From positions 1 to 40,275 of the forward strand of contig JBBRGF010000003.1 of assembly GCA_038240975.1 (NCBI GenBank): 40,275 nt of DNA. Direction: 5' to 3'. The first letter of the stretch is position 1, and each line of letters opens with the position of its first letter. This document shows positions 29,170 through 37,904 of the stretch, one piece after another. The notes beneath the pieces were generated by a model. The model was given only the letters and a program-made list of their open reading frames with translations. It was not told the DNA's origin and searched no databases. The DNA comes from Gemmatimonadales bacterium. Its GTDB lineage: Bacteria; Gemmatimonadota; Gemmatimonadetes; Gemmatimonadales; GWC2-71-9. Made by a program: the position numbers and the translations under genes.

Positions 29170-30014
29170 CGCCGAGCGTCGACGCATTTCCGCGGATTTT
29201 TCTCGACGATCCGTCGGGCGGACGCGCGGAGATCTACCTCCATGGCGCACAGGTCACGAGTTGGGTGGACGGGACCGGCCGCGAGCACCTGTATTTCAGC
29301 CGGCGTGCACGGTTCGAAGCAGGTAAGTCGATTCGCGCGGGAATTCCCGTCGTCTTCCCGCAGTTCGCCGACAACGGGCCCCTACCCAAGCATGGGTTGC
29401 TCCGTACTCGCGAGTGGCGGGTGGCACGGCAGGAGCCGGCCTCCGCAACTCTCGCCATTCGCGACGATGTAGAGACGCGCGCGCTCTGGCCGCATCGGTT
29501 TCTCGCCGAATTGGTCGTCACCGTGGCGGGAAGTCTGACGGTCGCCCTCCGGATCACGAACACCGACACGTCGCCGTTCTCGTTTGCCGGCGCGCTGCAC
29601 ACCTACTTCGCGGTGGATGAGGTACAAGAGGCGGCCGTCACCGGCCTCACCGGCTGCACCTATCGAGACAAGGTGCGCGACTGGGCGGAGGTGGTCGACG
29701 GCGAGCCCACGGTGAGGATCGGTGGTGAGACCGACCGTGTGTACGCCCACGCACCGTCCAGCGTTCGGCTCGATGGACTCGGCGGACGTGGGCGGCTGGA
29801 CCTCGAGACGGAAGGCTTCGGCGACTGGGTGGTGTGGAATCCGTGGGTGGAACTGACGGCCGCCCAGACCGACATGGAGCCCGAGGACTACCGGAGAATG
29901 CTCTGCGTCGAGGCGGCGCGCATCGCCGATCCGGTTATGCTGAACCCCGGCGAGAGATGGACCGGGATGCAGACGATGCACCCCGGCTCAACCTCGCCCG
30001 TAGAAGCCACGTAG
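29166..30014 (+). CDS. D-hexose-6-phosphate mutarotase (aldose 1-epimerase family)
   Basis: GAQVTSW, IRAGIPVVFPQF, HG, ALHTYF, ETDRVY, VVWNPW, MLCVEAA; GTGA overlap with the sigma gene. Confidence 0.9.
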   Translation: MTPSVDAFPRIFLDDPSGGRAEIYLHGAQVTSWVDGTGREHLYFSRRARFEAGKSIRAGIPVVFPQFADNGPLPKHGLLRTREWRVARQEPASATLAIRDDVETRALWPHRFLAELVVTVAGSLTVALRITNTDTSPFSFAGALHTYFAVDEVQEAAVTGLTGCTYRDKVRDWAEVVDGEPTVRIGGETDRVYAHAPSSVRLDGLGGRGRLDLETEGFGDWVVWNPWVELTAAQTDMEPEDYRRMLCVEAARIADPVMLNPGERWTGMQTMHPGSTSPVEAT

Positions 30015-30053
30015 CTCGGCTCGAACCTCCGCAGAGAGAAGCTCGCGTGTAAC

Positions 30054-30099
30054 GGTCCTAGTGATCACCCATGAAAAGGCGTGGGCCGTCACTAGGACC
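30054..30099. terminator. Hairpin between convergent genes
   Basis: 11-bp inverted repeat GGTCCTAGTGA...TCACTAGGACC with an inner CCCATG/CGTGGG stem. Confidence 0.5.
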
Positions 30100-30109
30100 T
30101 TGCCTTTAC

Positions 30110-30334
30110 CTAACGAGCCGGCGCCGGCGCCAGCGACCAGCGGTGCTGAATTCCCTTCCACTGTACGGCCTGGTACAGCGCCGCGACTCCCACCAATATG
30201 TAAACGACTCGGCCGAGCGGACTCATCGGCCCGAAGATGGTGGCCACTAGGTCGAAATTTGCCGCGCCCACCAGACCCCAATTCAGGCCGCCAATGACCA
30301 AAAGAATGGCGGCTGTTACGTCGAGCGACCTCAT
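30110..30334 (-). CDS. DUF378 small membrane protein
   Basis: LLVIGGLNWGLVG..FDLVATIFG..RVVYILVGVAALY; AGGAG RBS. Confidence 0.88.
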   Translation of the reverse strand: MRSLDVTAAILLVIGGLNWGLVGAANFDLVATIFGPMSPLGRVVYILVGVAALYQAVQWKGIQHRWSLAPAPAR

Positions 30335-30426
30335 ATCAAGCTCCTCTAAGATTGGTTGTTGTCTAACTATTTTTAACAACCTACTACAATAACCCGGCAA
30401 CACAAGAGGTGAACTGCGATCATTGC

Positions 30427-30455
30427 TTGACAATACTTAGACATGGAGTTATTCT
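30427..30455 (+). promoter_or_regulatory. Sigma70 promoter overlapped by CarH-type repeats; leaderless transcript
   Basis: TTGACA-N17-TATTCT, 5 nt before ATG 30461; TnnACA repeats at 30427 and 30438 (11-bp period). Confidence 0.7.
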
Positions 30456-30460
30456 TGTCC

Positions 30461-31390
30461 ATGTCGACAAGCACCGCCTCCGCCCCACGACACTCCGTGA
30501 GACTTACGGCTCTTCGGACCGGACTGACCCCGCACATTCTCCGCGCATGGGAGCGGCGCTATCAGGTGGTGACCCCGGCGCGTAGCGACGGAGGTCAGCG
30601 ACTTTATTCCGATCTCGACGTTGAACGCCTCCGATTGCTCCGCGGACTCAGCGACCGGGGACACAACATCGGCACATTGGCAAAGATTCCGCTGGCCGAT
30701 CTGGAGCGGATGGCGCGGGAGGAAGAGGTTGCGAGCGATGGCGCCGGGGTACGGGCTCACGATTTCAGTTCCGCGGCTTTGGATGCAGCCCGACGGCTCG
30801 ATGGCGCCGAGCTTCAGCGCGTGCTCGAGCGTGCCGCGGTCACACTCGGTGTACCTGCCTTCCTCGACGAGGTGGCGAGCGCTGCCTTACGGAATATCGG
30901 TCAGGGCTGGAGCGAGGGAACGCTGTCCGTGGCCCACGAGCATCTGGCGACGGTGGTATTCCGCCGAGTGCTCGGTTGGATCCTTCAGTTGTACGGCGCG
31001 AACGGCGTGGGTGGGTCACGGCTGGTGGTGGCAACCCCGCCACGGCAGACCCATGAGTTTGGCGCTCTCCTCGCGGCCGTCGCCGCTGCCGCCGAGGGGT
31101 GGGATGTGAGATATCTGGGAGCGGATCTGCCAATACCAGAGATCTTGAGCTCAGCTCGACAAATCGGCGTGAGCGCAGTGGCCTTGAGCATCGTATACCC
31201 TGAGGTCGACGCGACCCTGATGGCCGATCTGCAGACGCTCAGCAGCGGCCTCGACCCGAGCGCCAAGCTCATGCTGGGCGGCGCTGCCGCATCGGCAGCG
31301 CGCGAGCGGCTCAACGCGACGGGCGCGGAGATAGTGGATTCGCTCGGCGACTTTCGGGCCTCCCTTCATCGCCTGCAGCAGCGGATATGA
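30461..31390 (+). CDS. carH: MerR-family B12-binding photoreceptor/repressor (CarH/LitR-like)
   Basis: LRAWERRY..P.RSDGGQRLYS MerR domain; W-x9-EH (WSEGTLSVAHEH); B12 motif THEFG..YLGADLP..VALS. Confidence 0.82.
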   Translation: MSTSTASAPRHSVRLTALRTGLTPHILRAWERRYQVVTPARSDGGQRLYSDLDVERLRLLRGLSDRGHNIGTLAKIPLADLERMAREEEVASDGAGVRAHDFSSAALDAARRLDGAELQRVLERAAVTLGVPAFLDEVASAALRNIGQGWSEGTLSVAHEHLATVVFRRVLGWILQLYGANGVGGSRLVVATPPRQTHEFGALLAAVAAAAEGWDVRYLGADLPIPEILSSARQIGVSAVALSIVYPEVDATLMADLQTLSSGLDPSAKLMLGGAAASAARERLNATGAEIVDSLGDFRASLHRLQQRI

Positions 31391-32832
31391 TCCTGCTCAC
31401 GGGCGCCACGGGCTACGTGGGAGGGCGAGTTCTTCGAGCCCTGGAGAGGAAGGGCAGCCGACTCCGTTGTCTGGCCCGAAGACCGGGGTTCCTGCAGTCG
31501 CGGGTCGGCGCCGAGACCGAAGTTGTCCAAGGCGACGTGCTCGATCCCGAATCACTCCGCGTCGCGCTCCAGGGCGTGCACACCGCGTACTACCTGGTTC
31601 ACTCCATGGCCGGAGGCGATCGCTATGCCGACGCCGACCGCCGCGGTGCAAGCGCATTCGCCGCCGCGGCACGAGAAGCGGGCGCGCGGCGGCTCGTGTA
31701 CCTGGGCGCACTGGGTGACGGCGAGCAGCTGTCTTCGCACCTTGAAAGCCGGCAGGAGGTGGGAAGAATCCTGCGGGAATCAGGCGTGCCAACCATCGAG
31801 TTCCGGGCTTCCATCGTGATCGGCTCCGGCAGTCTATCCTTCGAGGTCATCCGCGCGTTGGTCGAGAAGCTGCCGGTGATGGTAACGCCACGGTGGGTCC
31901 ACACCCTCACCCAGCCGATCGGCATCGAGGACCTGGTTGCCTATCTGGTCGAGGCGCTCGAGCATCCCGACCTGGGAAGCGCCGTGTACGAGATCGGCGG
32001 ACCGGAGCGTGTCTCCTACGGCGAGCTGATGCGGGAGTACGCCCGTCTGAGAGGCCTCCAGCGGGTGATGATACCGATCCCGGTGCTCACGCCGCGTCTG
32101 TCCAGTTTATGGCTTGCTTTGGTGTCTCCTGTCTACGCCCGGGTCGGGCGGGAGCTGATTGCCGGACTTCGAAACGAAACCGTGGTGCGCGATGCAAAGG
32201 CGCTCCAGGTCTTCGGGGTGCGGCCGCGCGGAGTTCGCGAGGCGCTGACTCGGGCTCTTGCCAACGAAGACTCCGCCTTTGCCGCGACGCGGTGGAGTGA
32301 CGCGCTCTCCGCGCAGCGGTCGGCGCCAAGGTGGGGCGGGATGAAGTTCGGGTCTCGTCTGGTGGACTCCCGCGCCGCGTGGGTGGCCCGAAGCCCGGAC
32401 CAGGCGTTCCTGCCGATCGCGCGGATCGGCGGTCGGGTCGGCTGGTATTACGGCAACCGGCTCTGGCGTCTGCGAGGATCGCTCGACTGGCTGGTGGGCG
32501 GGCCCGGGATGCGCCGCGGCCGGCGCGACCCCGAGTCTCTGATGCCCGGCGACACGCTGGATTTCTGGCGAGTCGAAGCCATAGAGCCTGGCCGCCTGCT
32601 CCGCCTCGCGGCAGAAATGCGGCTGCCTGGACGCGCATGGCTCCAGTTCGAGGTGACGGGTCAGAACAGTGGATGCGTGATACGGCAGACGGCGATCTTC
32701 GATCCGGTGGGTATGGCGGGATTGGTGTACTGGTACGCGCTCTGGGCGATACATCAGCTCGTTTTTGCGGGAATGCTGCGGAGCCTGGTCCGGGCGGCGG
32801 AAGCGGGAGTCATCGGAGCTCAACACCGTTGA
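31387..32832 (+). CDS. Atypical SDR NAD(P)-binding oxidoreductase with DUF2867 (YbjT-like)
   Basis: TGATGYVG, AYYLVHSM, RASIVIGSGS, C-terminal IGG..GWY..DFWRVE..LAAEMRLPGRAWLQF. Confidence 0.88.
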   Translation: MILLTGATGYVGGRVLRALERKGSRLRCLARRPGFLQSRVGAETEVVQGDVLDPESLRVALQGVHTAYYLVHSMAGGDRYADADRRGASAFAAAAREAGARRLVYLGALGDGEQLSSHLESRQEVGRILRESGVPTIEFRASIVIGSGSLSFEVIRALVEKLPVMVTPRWVHTLTQPIGIEDLVAYLVEALEHPDLGSAVYEIGGPERVSYGELMREYARLRGLQRVMIPIPVLTPRLSSLWLALVSPVYARVGRELIAGLRNETVVRDAKALQVFGVRPRGVREALTRALANEDSAFAATRWSDALSAQRSAPRWGGMKFGSRLVDSRAAWVARSPDQAFLPIARIGGRVGWYYGNRLWRLRGSLDWLVGGPGMRRGRRDPESLMPGDTLDFWRVEAIEPGRLLRLAAEMRLPGRAWLQFEVTGQNSGCVIRQTAIFDPVGMAGLVYWYALWAIHQLVFAGMLRSLVRAAEAGVIGAQHR

Positions 32833-33351
32833 GTCGTAGCTCCGGAATCATCGACGATCTCCGCATCCACGCCGCGCAGGAGCCGCCGCCGCGGACTGGC
32901 GGCGACCTCGTCCTCTACTGGATGCAGACCACCCAGCGCGTCCACCATAATTTCGCGCTCGAATTTGCCATCGATCAGGCCAACCGACTGCGGTTGCCGG
33001 TCCTTGTTTATCACGGCCTGAGGAGCAGGCGCAGACCGGCGATGAGCTCTGGAATGCTGCCCAGCACGCCTACCTGGTGGATGGCTGGATGCACAATGCG
33101 CTGCGAATGCTCTGGGGAAAGGCGGTGCTGCAGTGGACCGCGAATGCGCAGCAGGCTCTCAGCGTCCTCGAGCATCTCAACAACAAATACTCGCTGGACG
33201 GACGGGACCCGAACACGTACGGTGGGATCCATTGGATCTTCGGCAAGTTCGACCGGCGTTCTATCGGCGCCCGATCTACGGAATGGTGCGATACCAGTCA
33301 CTCAAGGCCGCGGCGAAGAAGTTTGATGTGGAGAGATTGATCCAGCGCTAG
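32829..33351 (+). pseudogene. phrB: Class II CPD photolyase, internally deleted and frameshifted
   Basis: N-terminal VLYWMQTTQRVHHNFALEFA is joined out of frame at ~33021 to TGDELWNAAQ..GWMHNALRMLWGK..LNNKYSLDGRDPN. Second frameshift at ~33256 before RPIYGMVRY. Confidence 0.85.
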
Positions 33352-33971
33352 TTGGCCGCGATTCCGGTCCGCAGCCGCTCGAACGCGTACCGCATCAGCT
33401 CTTCGACGGCACCCGGCTCGCGCAGCTGGCCATCGATGCCGAGCGTGGCCACACCGTGCACAAGCGCCCACACGTACCTGGCCATCAGCACGGTGTCGTC
33501 GCCGCGCATGACCGCGTCGCGCTGCAGCGCGGCGAGGGCGTCCACGAGCGCCTGAAAGGCACCCTCTGCTTCGGCAGCCAGCTCCGGGTCCCGCGCCTTC
33601 GGATCGACGAAGCCTCCGAACATTACGCGATAGTGCGACGGGTTGGCGACGGCGAACCGCACGTAGGCAAGGCCCATCGACTGGAACGCCGCGTCTCCGC
33701 GGCCGCCTGCCTCCCACGCCGTTACGAGCTGCTGGCGCAGTGTGCGGAACCCTTCGATCGCGACGGCCGTGAGCAGCGCGCGCTTGTCGGCGAAGTGCCG
33801 GTAGAGCGCCGTACGAGAGACGCCGACGCGAGCCCCGATCGCGCGCAGGGTCAATCCATCGACGCCTTCGGCGCGGATGGTGGCGAGCGCCTCGTCGAGG
33901 AGTGCGCGGCGCAGGTTGCCGTGATGGTAGGGGCGGCGCGGCTTGCGGGCCCCCCGCGTCGATGGAGTCAT
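33348..33971 (-). CDS. TetR/AcrR-family regulator
   Basis: YHHGNLRRALL, LTLRAIGARVGVSRTALYRHFADK, WALVHG. Confidence 0.92.
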   Translation of the reverse strand: MTPSTRGARKPRRPYHHGNLRRALLDEALATIRAEGVDGLTLRAIGARVGVSRTALYRHFADKRALLTAVAIEGFRTLRQQLVTAWEAGGRGDAAFQSMGLAYVRFAVANPSHYRVMFGGFVDPKARDPELAAEAEGAFQALVDALAALQRDAVMRGDDTVLMARYVWALVHGVATLGIDGQLREPGAVEELMRYAFERLRTGIAAN

Positions 33972-33991
33972 GCACCTCATCTTATGGGAAG

Positions 33992-34043
33992 GTGTTGACA
34001 TCGTCAACACAGGGTGATACTCTGATGTTGACGTTGGCAACAT
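33992..34043. promoter_or_regulatory. Twin palindromic TetR operators over a sigma70 promoter
   Basis: GTGTTGAC-ATC-GTCAACAC (33992-34010) and ATGTTGAC-GTT-GGCAACAT (34025-34043); TTGACA-N17-TACTCT with extended TG. Confidence 0.8.
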
Positions 34044-34058
34044 TGGAGGGGGGCACCC

Positions 34059-35057
34059 ATGGATTCGACACAACGCGCCGTCCCGTCTACCCCGGGACCC
34101 CGAGCAGCGGCCCTGCTCGGTCGCCTGTGGCGTGCGAGCCCGCCGCTGGTGGCAGTGGGATCGCTGATGCTCGTCGTGTCCGTCGCGTCGCTGGTGGGCA
34201 TACTCGTCGATCCGCGCATCATTACCGGCGCGCCTGCCTGGCTCAAGCCGTTCAAGTTCGCGATCTCTACCGCCGTCTACAGCCTGACGCTCGCGTGGGT
34301 CTTCGGATGGCTGTCGGACTGGCCGCGGGTCCGCCGCGTCATAGGGTGGACGACCGCGATAGTGTTCGTGCTCGAGGTGGCGATCATCGACGCGCAGGCA
34401 TGGCGCGGAACGGCCAGCCACTTCAACGTGTCGACGACGCCCGACGGGATGCTGTTTGTGGTGATGGGCACGGCGATCTTGCTGCAGACGTTCGTGAGCA
34501 TGGCGGTCGCCGTCGCCCTGTGGCGGCAGCGGTTCACCGACCGGCCACTCGGATGGGCCCTGCGACTCGGCATGACGCTGACTATCGTCGGCGCGCTGAC
34601 TGGCCCGCTGATGACTCGCCCCACGGCGGCGCAGCTTGCAAACGCCCGGGCGGGCGGGCGCATGACGACTGTGGGCGCACACACGGTCGGCGGCCCGGAT
34701 GGCGGTGCCGGCGTGCCGGTGACCGGGTGGAGCCGTGAGCACGGCGATCTGCGCGTTCCGCACTTCATCGGCCTGCACGCGATCCAGGCGCTGGCGCTCA
34801 TTGCGGTCGGCCTGCGGCGCTGGCGCCGGCCCGACGCCGTTCGCGTCAGGGCGGTGCTGGCTGCCGCGGCAAGCTATGCGTCGCTGTTCCTCCTGCTGCT
34901 CTGGGAGGCGCTCCGAGGACAAAGCGTCGTGGCGCCCGACGCGACGGCACTCGCGTCGATCGCGATCTGGGCAGCGGTCACCATGCTCGCTCTTGGCTGG
35001 ATCGGCGTTGGCTCCCGCGGTGCCCCGCGCGACGGTTTGGATCGGATGGCAACATGA
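34059..35057 (+). CDS. Uncharacterised polytopic membrane protein
   Basis: About 8 hydrophobic segments; WLKPFKFAIS, RGTASHFN, GAHTVG, GDLRVPHFIGLHAIQ; GGAGG RBS. Confidence 0.75.
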   Translation: MDSTQRAVPSTPGPRAAALLGRLWRASPPLVAVGSLMLVVSVASLVGILVDPRIITGAPAWLKPFKFAISTAVYSLTLAWVFGWLSDWPRVRRVIGWTTAIVFVLEVAIIDAQAWRGTASHFNVSTTPDGMLFVVMGTAILLQTFVSMAVAVALWRQRFTDRPLGWALRLGMTLTIVGALTGPLMTRPTAAQLANARAGGRMTTVGAHTVGGPDGGAGVPVTGWSREHGDLRVPHFIGLHAIQALALIAVGLRRWRRPDAVRVRAVLAAAASYASLFLLLLWEALRGQSVVAPDATALASIAIWAAVTMLALGWIGVGSRGAPRDGLDRMAT

Positions 35058-35494
35058 CAGCCGAACAGCTCTTTTCGATTCTGAACCTGATGACCATGGC
35101 CGCGTGGCTGACGCTGGTGCTCCTGCCCCGACGGCGCTGGGCGACCACGGTCCTGCCCATAGCGATGCCGTTGCTGCTCTCGGTCATCTACATGGTATTG
35201 GTGGCCGCGACCCTGGGGCGAAGCGAAGGCGGATTCTCGTCACTGGCGGGCGTGAGGGCGCTGTTCGACAATCCCTGGGCGCTCCTCGCCGGGTGGACGC
35301 ACTACCTGGCATTCGACCTGTTCATCGGCGGATGGGAGGTGCGCGACGCGGAGCGGCGCGGCATCTCGCACCTGTTCATCGTGCCTGCGCTGGTTCTGAC
35401 GTTTCTCTTGGGGCCGGTCGGCTTGTTGCTCTATCTGGCGATCCGATCGTTCTCGCCGAATGGAGCGCAGGAAATCCCTCTCGATGTGGAATGA
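35054..35494 (+). CDS. ABA4-like (DUF4281) membrane protein
   Basis: FSSLAGVRALF, AGWTHYLAFDLFIGGW, LTFLLGPVGLLLY; ATGA overlap. Confidence 0.85.
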   Translation: MTAEQLFSILNLMTMAAWLTLVLLPRRRWATTVLPIAMPLLLSVIYMVLVAATLGRSEGGFSSLAGVRALFDNPWALLAGWTHYLAFDLFIGGWEVRDAERRGISHLFIVPALVLTFLLGPVGLLLYLAIRSFSPNGAQEIPLDVE

Positions 35495-35495
35495 G

Positions 35496-35630
35496 TCACG
35501 CTTCGCGCCGCACCTCGCGCGCGGCCTTGTCGGCGCGCAGACCGAGGAATCTCGGATGGCGAAGCAGGCCGGCGGAGGTCCATTCGGAGAAGCCGATCTC
35601 GGCTACGAGTCGCGGACTCACCCATGTCAC
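35496..35630 (-). pseudogene. ligD: C-terminal OB-fold fragment of ATP-dependent DNA ligase (LigD-type)
   Basis: Hand translation VTWVSPRLVAEIGFSEWTSAGLLRHPRFLGLRADKAAREVRREA*; the rest of the gene is absent. Confidence 0.75.
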
Positions 35631-35773
35631 GGGGTGTTCAACCCGATCGGCGTCGGGCTCTACGGCAGCGGTTCTCGTGGTTCATTGTCGATGACCGTCG
35701 CGGTCATTCTTCAATGGCGCGCCAGGGGTCGCGCGTCGGCCCTACCCCGCACTCATTCGTGAGGATGGAATCC

Positions 35774-36649
35774 ATGCGTACTAAAGCTCTCATTGGTGCA
35801 TCGCTGCTCGTGACGAGCGCCACCGTGGCGCAGGCGCAGGGCGTCGGTCATCGCGTCAACGTCAACGGCATGCGGATGTATTACGAAGTCTCCGGCACGG
35901 GCGATCCGTTGATTGTGCTACACGGCGCCTACATGAACATTCCGACGATGGGCGCGATCATCCCCAGGCTCGCCAGGACTCACAAGGTCTACGCGGTCGA
36001 GCTGCAGGGACACGGCCGCACGACAGACATCGCGCGGCCGATCACGTACCCGAACCTGGCGGACGACGACGCCGCCTTCATGGACGCAGTGGGTCTCCGG
36101 AAGGCTGACGTGTTCGGCTACTCGATGGGCGCCGAGGTTGGTCTGCAGCTCGCCCTCCGGCATCCGGCCAAGGTGAACAAGCTCGTCGCGGCGTCCGTCG
36201 CTTACGACCTCAAAGGATGGCAGCCGGCATTCACGGAGATGATCCCGCAGATGACTGTGGAGATGGTCAGCGCGATGCCCTTCGCCAAGGAGTATCCCAA
36301 GCTGGCGGCAAATCCGAATGGCTTCCCGGAGTTTGCGAGGAAACTGATCGCGCTCGAGAAAGAGCCGATGGCCTGGGAGGCAGACGTGAAGGCGTTGAAG
36401 TCTCCGGTGCTCGTCATCGCCGGCGACGCCGACGTGACGACGCTCGAGCATTCTGTCGCGATGTTTCGGCTGCTCGGCGGCGGCGGGATGGGCGACATGG
36501 TCGACAAGGGGAAACCGCTCACGGCATCTCGCCTCGCGATACTGCCGGCGACGTCACACACGGCCGTCATCACGCAGGTCGATCTGCTTCATGGATTCAT
36601 CGAGCCGTTTCTGAAAGGGCAAACGCCGAAGGGATTCTTCGAGCCGTAG
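35774..36649 (+). CDS. Secreted alpha/beta hydrolase
   Basis: Signal peptide ending AQA, LIVLHG, ELQGHGRT, GYSMG nucleophile, GDAD, TSH. Confidence 0.88.
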   Translation: MRTKALIGASLLVTSATVAQAQGVGHRVNVNGMRMYYEVSGTGDPLIVLHGAYMNIPTMGAIIPRLARTHKVYAVELQGHGRTTDIARPITYPNLADDDAAFMDAVGLRKADVFGYSMGAEVGLQLALRHPAKVNKLVAASVAYDLKGWQPAFTEMIPQMTVEMVSAMPFAKEYPKLAANPNGFPEFARKLIALEKEPMAWEADVKALKSPVLVIAGDADVTTLEHSVAMFRLLGGGGMGDMVDKGKPLTASRLAILPATSHTAVITQVDLLHGFIEPFLKGQTPKGFFEP

Positions 36650-36680
36650 GTTGCAAGGTCTGCCCGCGGACGCAGAAGCT

Positions 36681-36769
36681 GCCTAACGAACGTTTGAAGC
36701 TGACGGGCAATTTATGGATTGCGAATGCTGCGCATTTTGACTCGCCCGCAGCTTAACTGGGCGTTAGGC
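36681..36769 (+). mobile_element. Integron attC recombination site (solitary)
   Basis: R'' GCCTAAC, N5, L'' TTTGAAGC-TGACGGGC ... GCCCGCA-GCTTAAC L', N5, R' GTTAGGC; 89 bp with unpaired extrahelical bases. Confidence 0.8.
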
Positions 36770-36827
36770 GCCGCTTCAGCTGACAGCGATCACCCGACCC
36801 GGGGTACCGACAGATCGAGAGGTAGAG

Positions 36828-36950
36828 ATCCGAAAGCTCATCATGTGGAACATGGTTACGATTGATGGCTTCTTCGAGGGCCCAAAGGCTGGAGACATTG
36901 CCTGGCACGACGATGTCTGGGGCGAGGAATTGGAACGGCTTCCCACAGAG
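36828..36950 (+). pseudogene. N-terminal fragment of dihydrofolate reductase/RibD-C family protein
   Basis: GAGAGG RBS, ATC in place of ATG, then RKLIMWNMVTIDGFFEGPKAGDIAWHDDVWGEELERL; similarity ends after about 40 codons. Confidence 0.7.
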
Positions 36951-37479
36951 ACACTGCTCCGGGTGGTGCCGGCATCGGTGCGCGAGACCAGCCGGTCGGT
37001 GACCACGTCGTAGCTCTCGGCGCCCCCGGGCGAAGAGATGTTGCCGGCGTAGTCGAAGTTGAAGCTGTCGGACGCGACCACCACGTGTCGCTTCATCGCG
37101 ATCCACTTCCGGACCCGCTCCCAGCCGTCGTAGCGCACCGTATCCTGCAGACCGTCGAGTGCCCCCACCGCACCGTGCTGCTCCACCCAAACCGGACCCA
37201 AGGCGGCACCCGGGGAGCCGGGTGGGTCCAGGTCGGTCTCGCCGACGCGGTCGAAGTGTCCGGCGTCGTACGCTGGACTGCCCGTAATGTGACTCAAGCT
37301 GTTGAACTCACCGGTCGCCGGCCGGCCGATGGACCGGTTGAAGAGCTCGCCCGTGCCGTGGACGAGGGTGTGAGCACGCGCCCCCGTCCATCGAGACCCA
37401 CCCGGACCGTGTCGGTGCTCGGCGTGATCAGGGCGTCAGCGAAGCCCCGCTCCGCATCGTAGCGGGTGCTCCAGGCGCC
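36951..37479 (-). pseudogene. Possible RHS/YD-repeat protein internal fragment
   Basis: TRYDAERG, LDGRGRV, VRYDGWERV, FNFDYAGNI, SYDVVTDRLVSRTD in broken frames. Confidence 0.4.
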
Positions 37480-37731
37480 GCCGTCGATCTTGGTCATCAG
37501 GAACGCTCGGTGGCGATATCCGTCGGCCAGTGCCTTCCCCATTCACAGTTCGCTCCTACCATCGTAGTAGTCCCAAGAGTTGTCGAGGAAAGTCACTCCA
37601 TGGTCGATGGCGGTTCGAATGATACGGATGCTCTCCGACTCTTCGAGATAAGGCTTTCCGAGGTGATATCCCCCGATACCGACAGCGGAGACCCGTTCGC
37701 CGGTGCTGCCCAGAGTGCGGTAGGGAATCAT
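37480..37731 (-). pseudogene. Aldo/keto reductase N-terminal fragment with premature stop
   Basis: MIPYRTLGSTGERVSAVGIGGYHLG..AIDHGVTFLDNSWDYYDGRSEL*MGKALADGYRHRAFLMTKIDG, then unrelated sequence. Confidence 0.85.
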
Positions 37732-37901
37732 CAGGACAAGGCATTCGGCGACTGCCGCCGCGTCAGGGCAAAAACCGTGAGAAATACCACCTCGGCAACC
37801 ACGGAGACGACGCCGAGTGGCTCGAGCCAGGCGTCGGGCTCTGCTGGTAGACCCGGCAAGCCGACCGTGCGGCTGATCGCGTATCCCAGCAATGTGCTGC
37901 C
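37731..37901 (-). pseudogene. C-terminal fragment of a hypothetical membrane protein
   Basis: TLLGYAISRTVGLPGLPAEPDAWLEPLGVVSVVAEVVFLTVFALT..*; no start codon; stop overlaps the AKR ATG (TGATG). Confidence 0.5.
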
Positions 37902-37904
37902 CGC

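Noticed and set aside
33348-34922. 524-aa TetR with long N-terminal extension
   Set aside because: The extension is antisense to the membrane protein gene and runs through the operator region; the true start is about 33971.
35686-35712. Second ECF42 promoter upstream of the hydrolase
   Set aside because: TGTCGA is present, but the -10 position reads CTTC and the spacer is a palindrome; too weak to call.
37543-37545. In-frame TGA in the aldo/keto reductase as Sec or recoding
   Set aside because: Best explained as CGA(Arg) to TGA in SELRMGKAL; the gene is truncated 21 codons later anyway.
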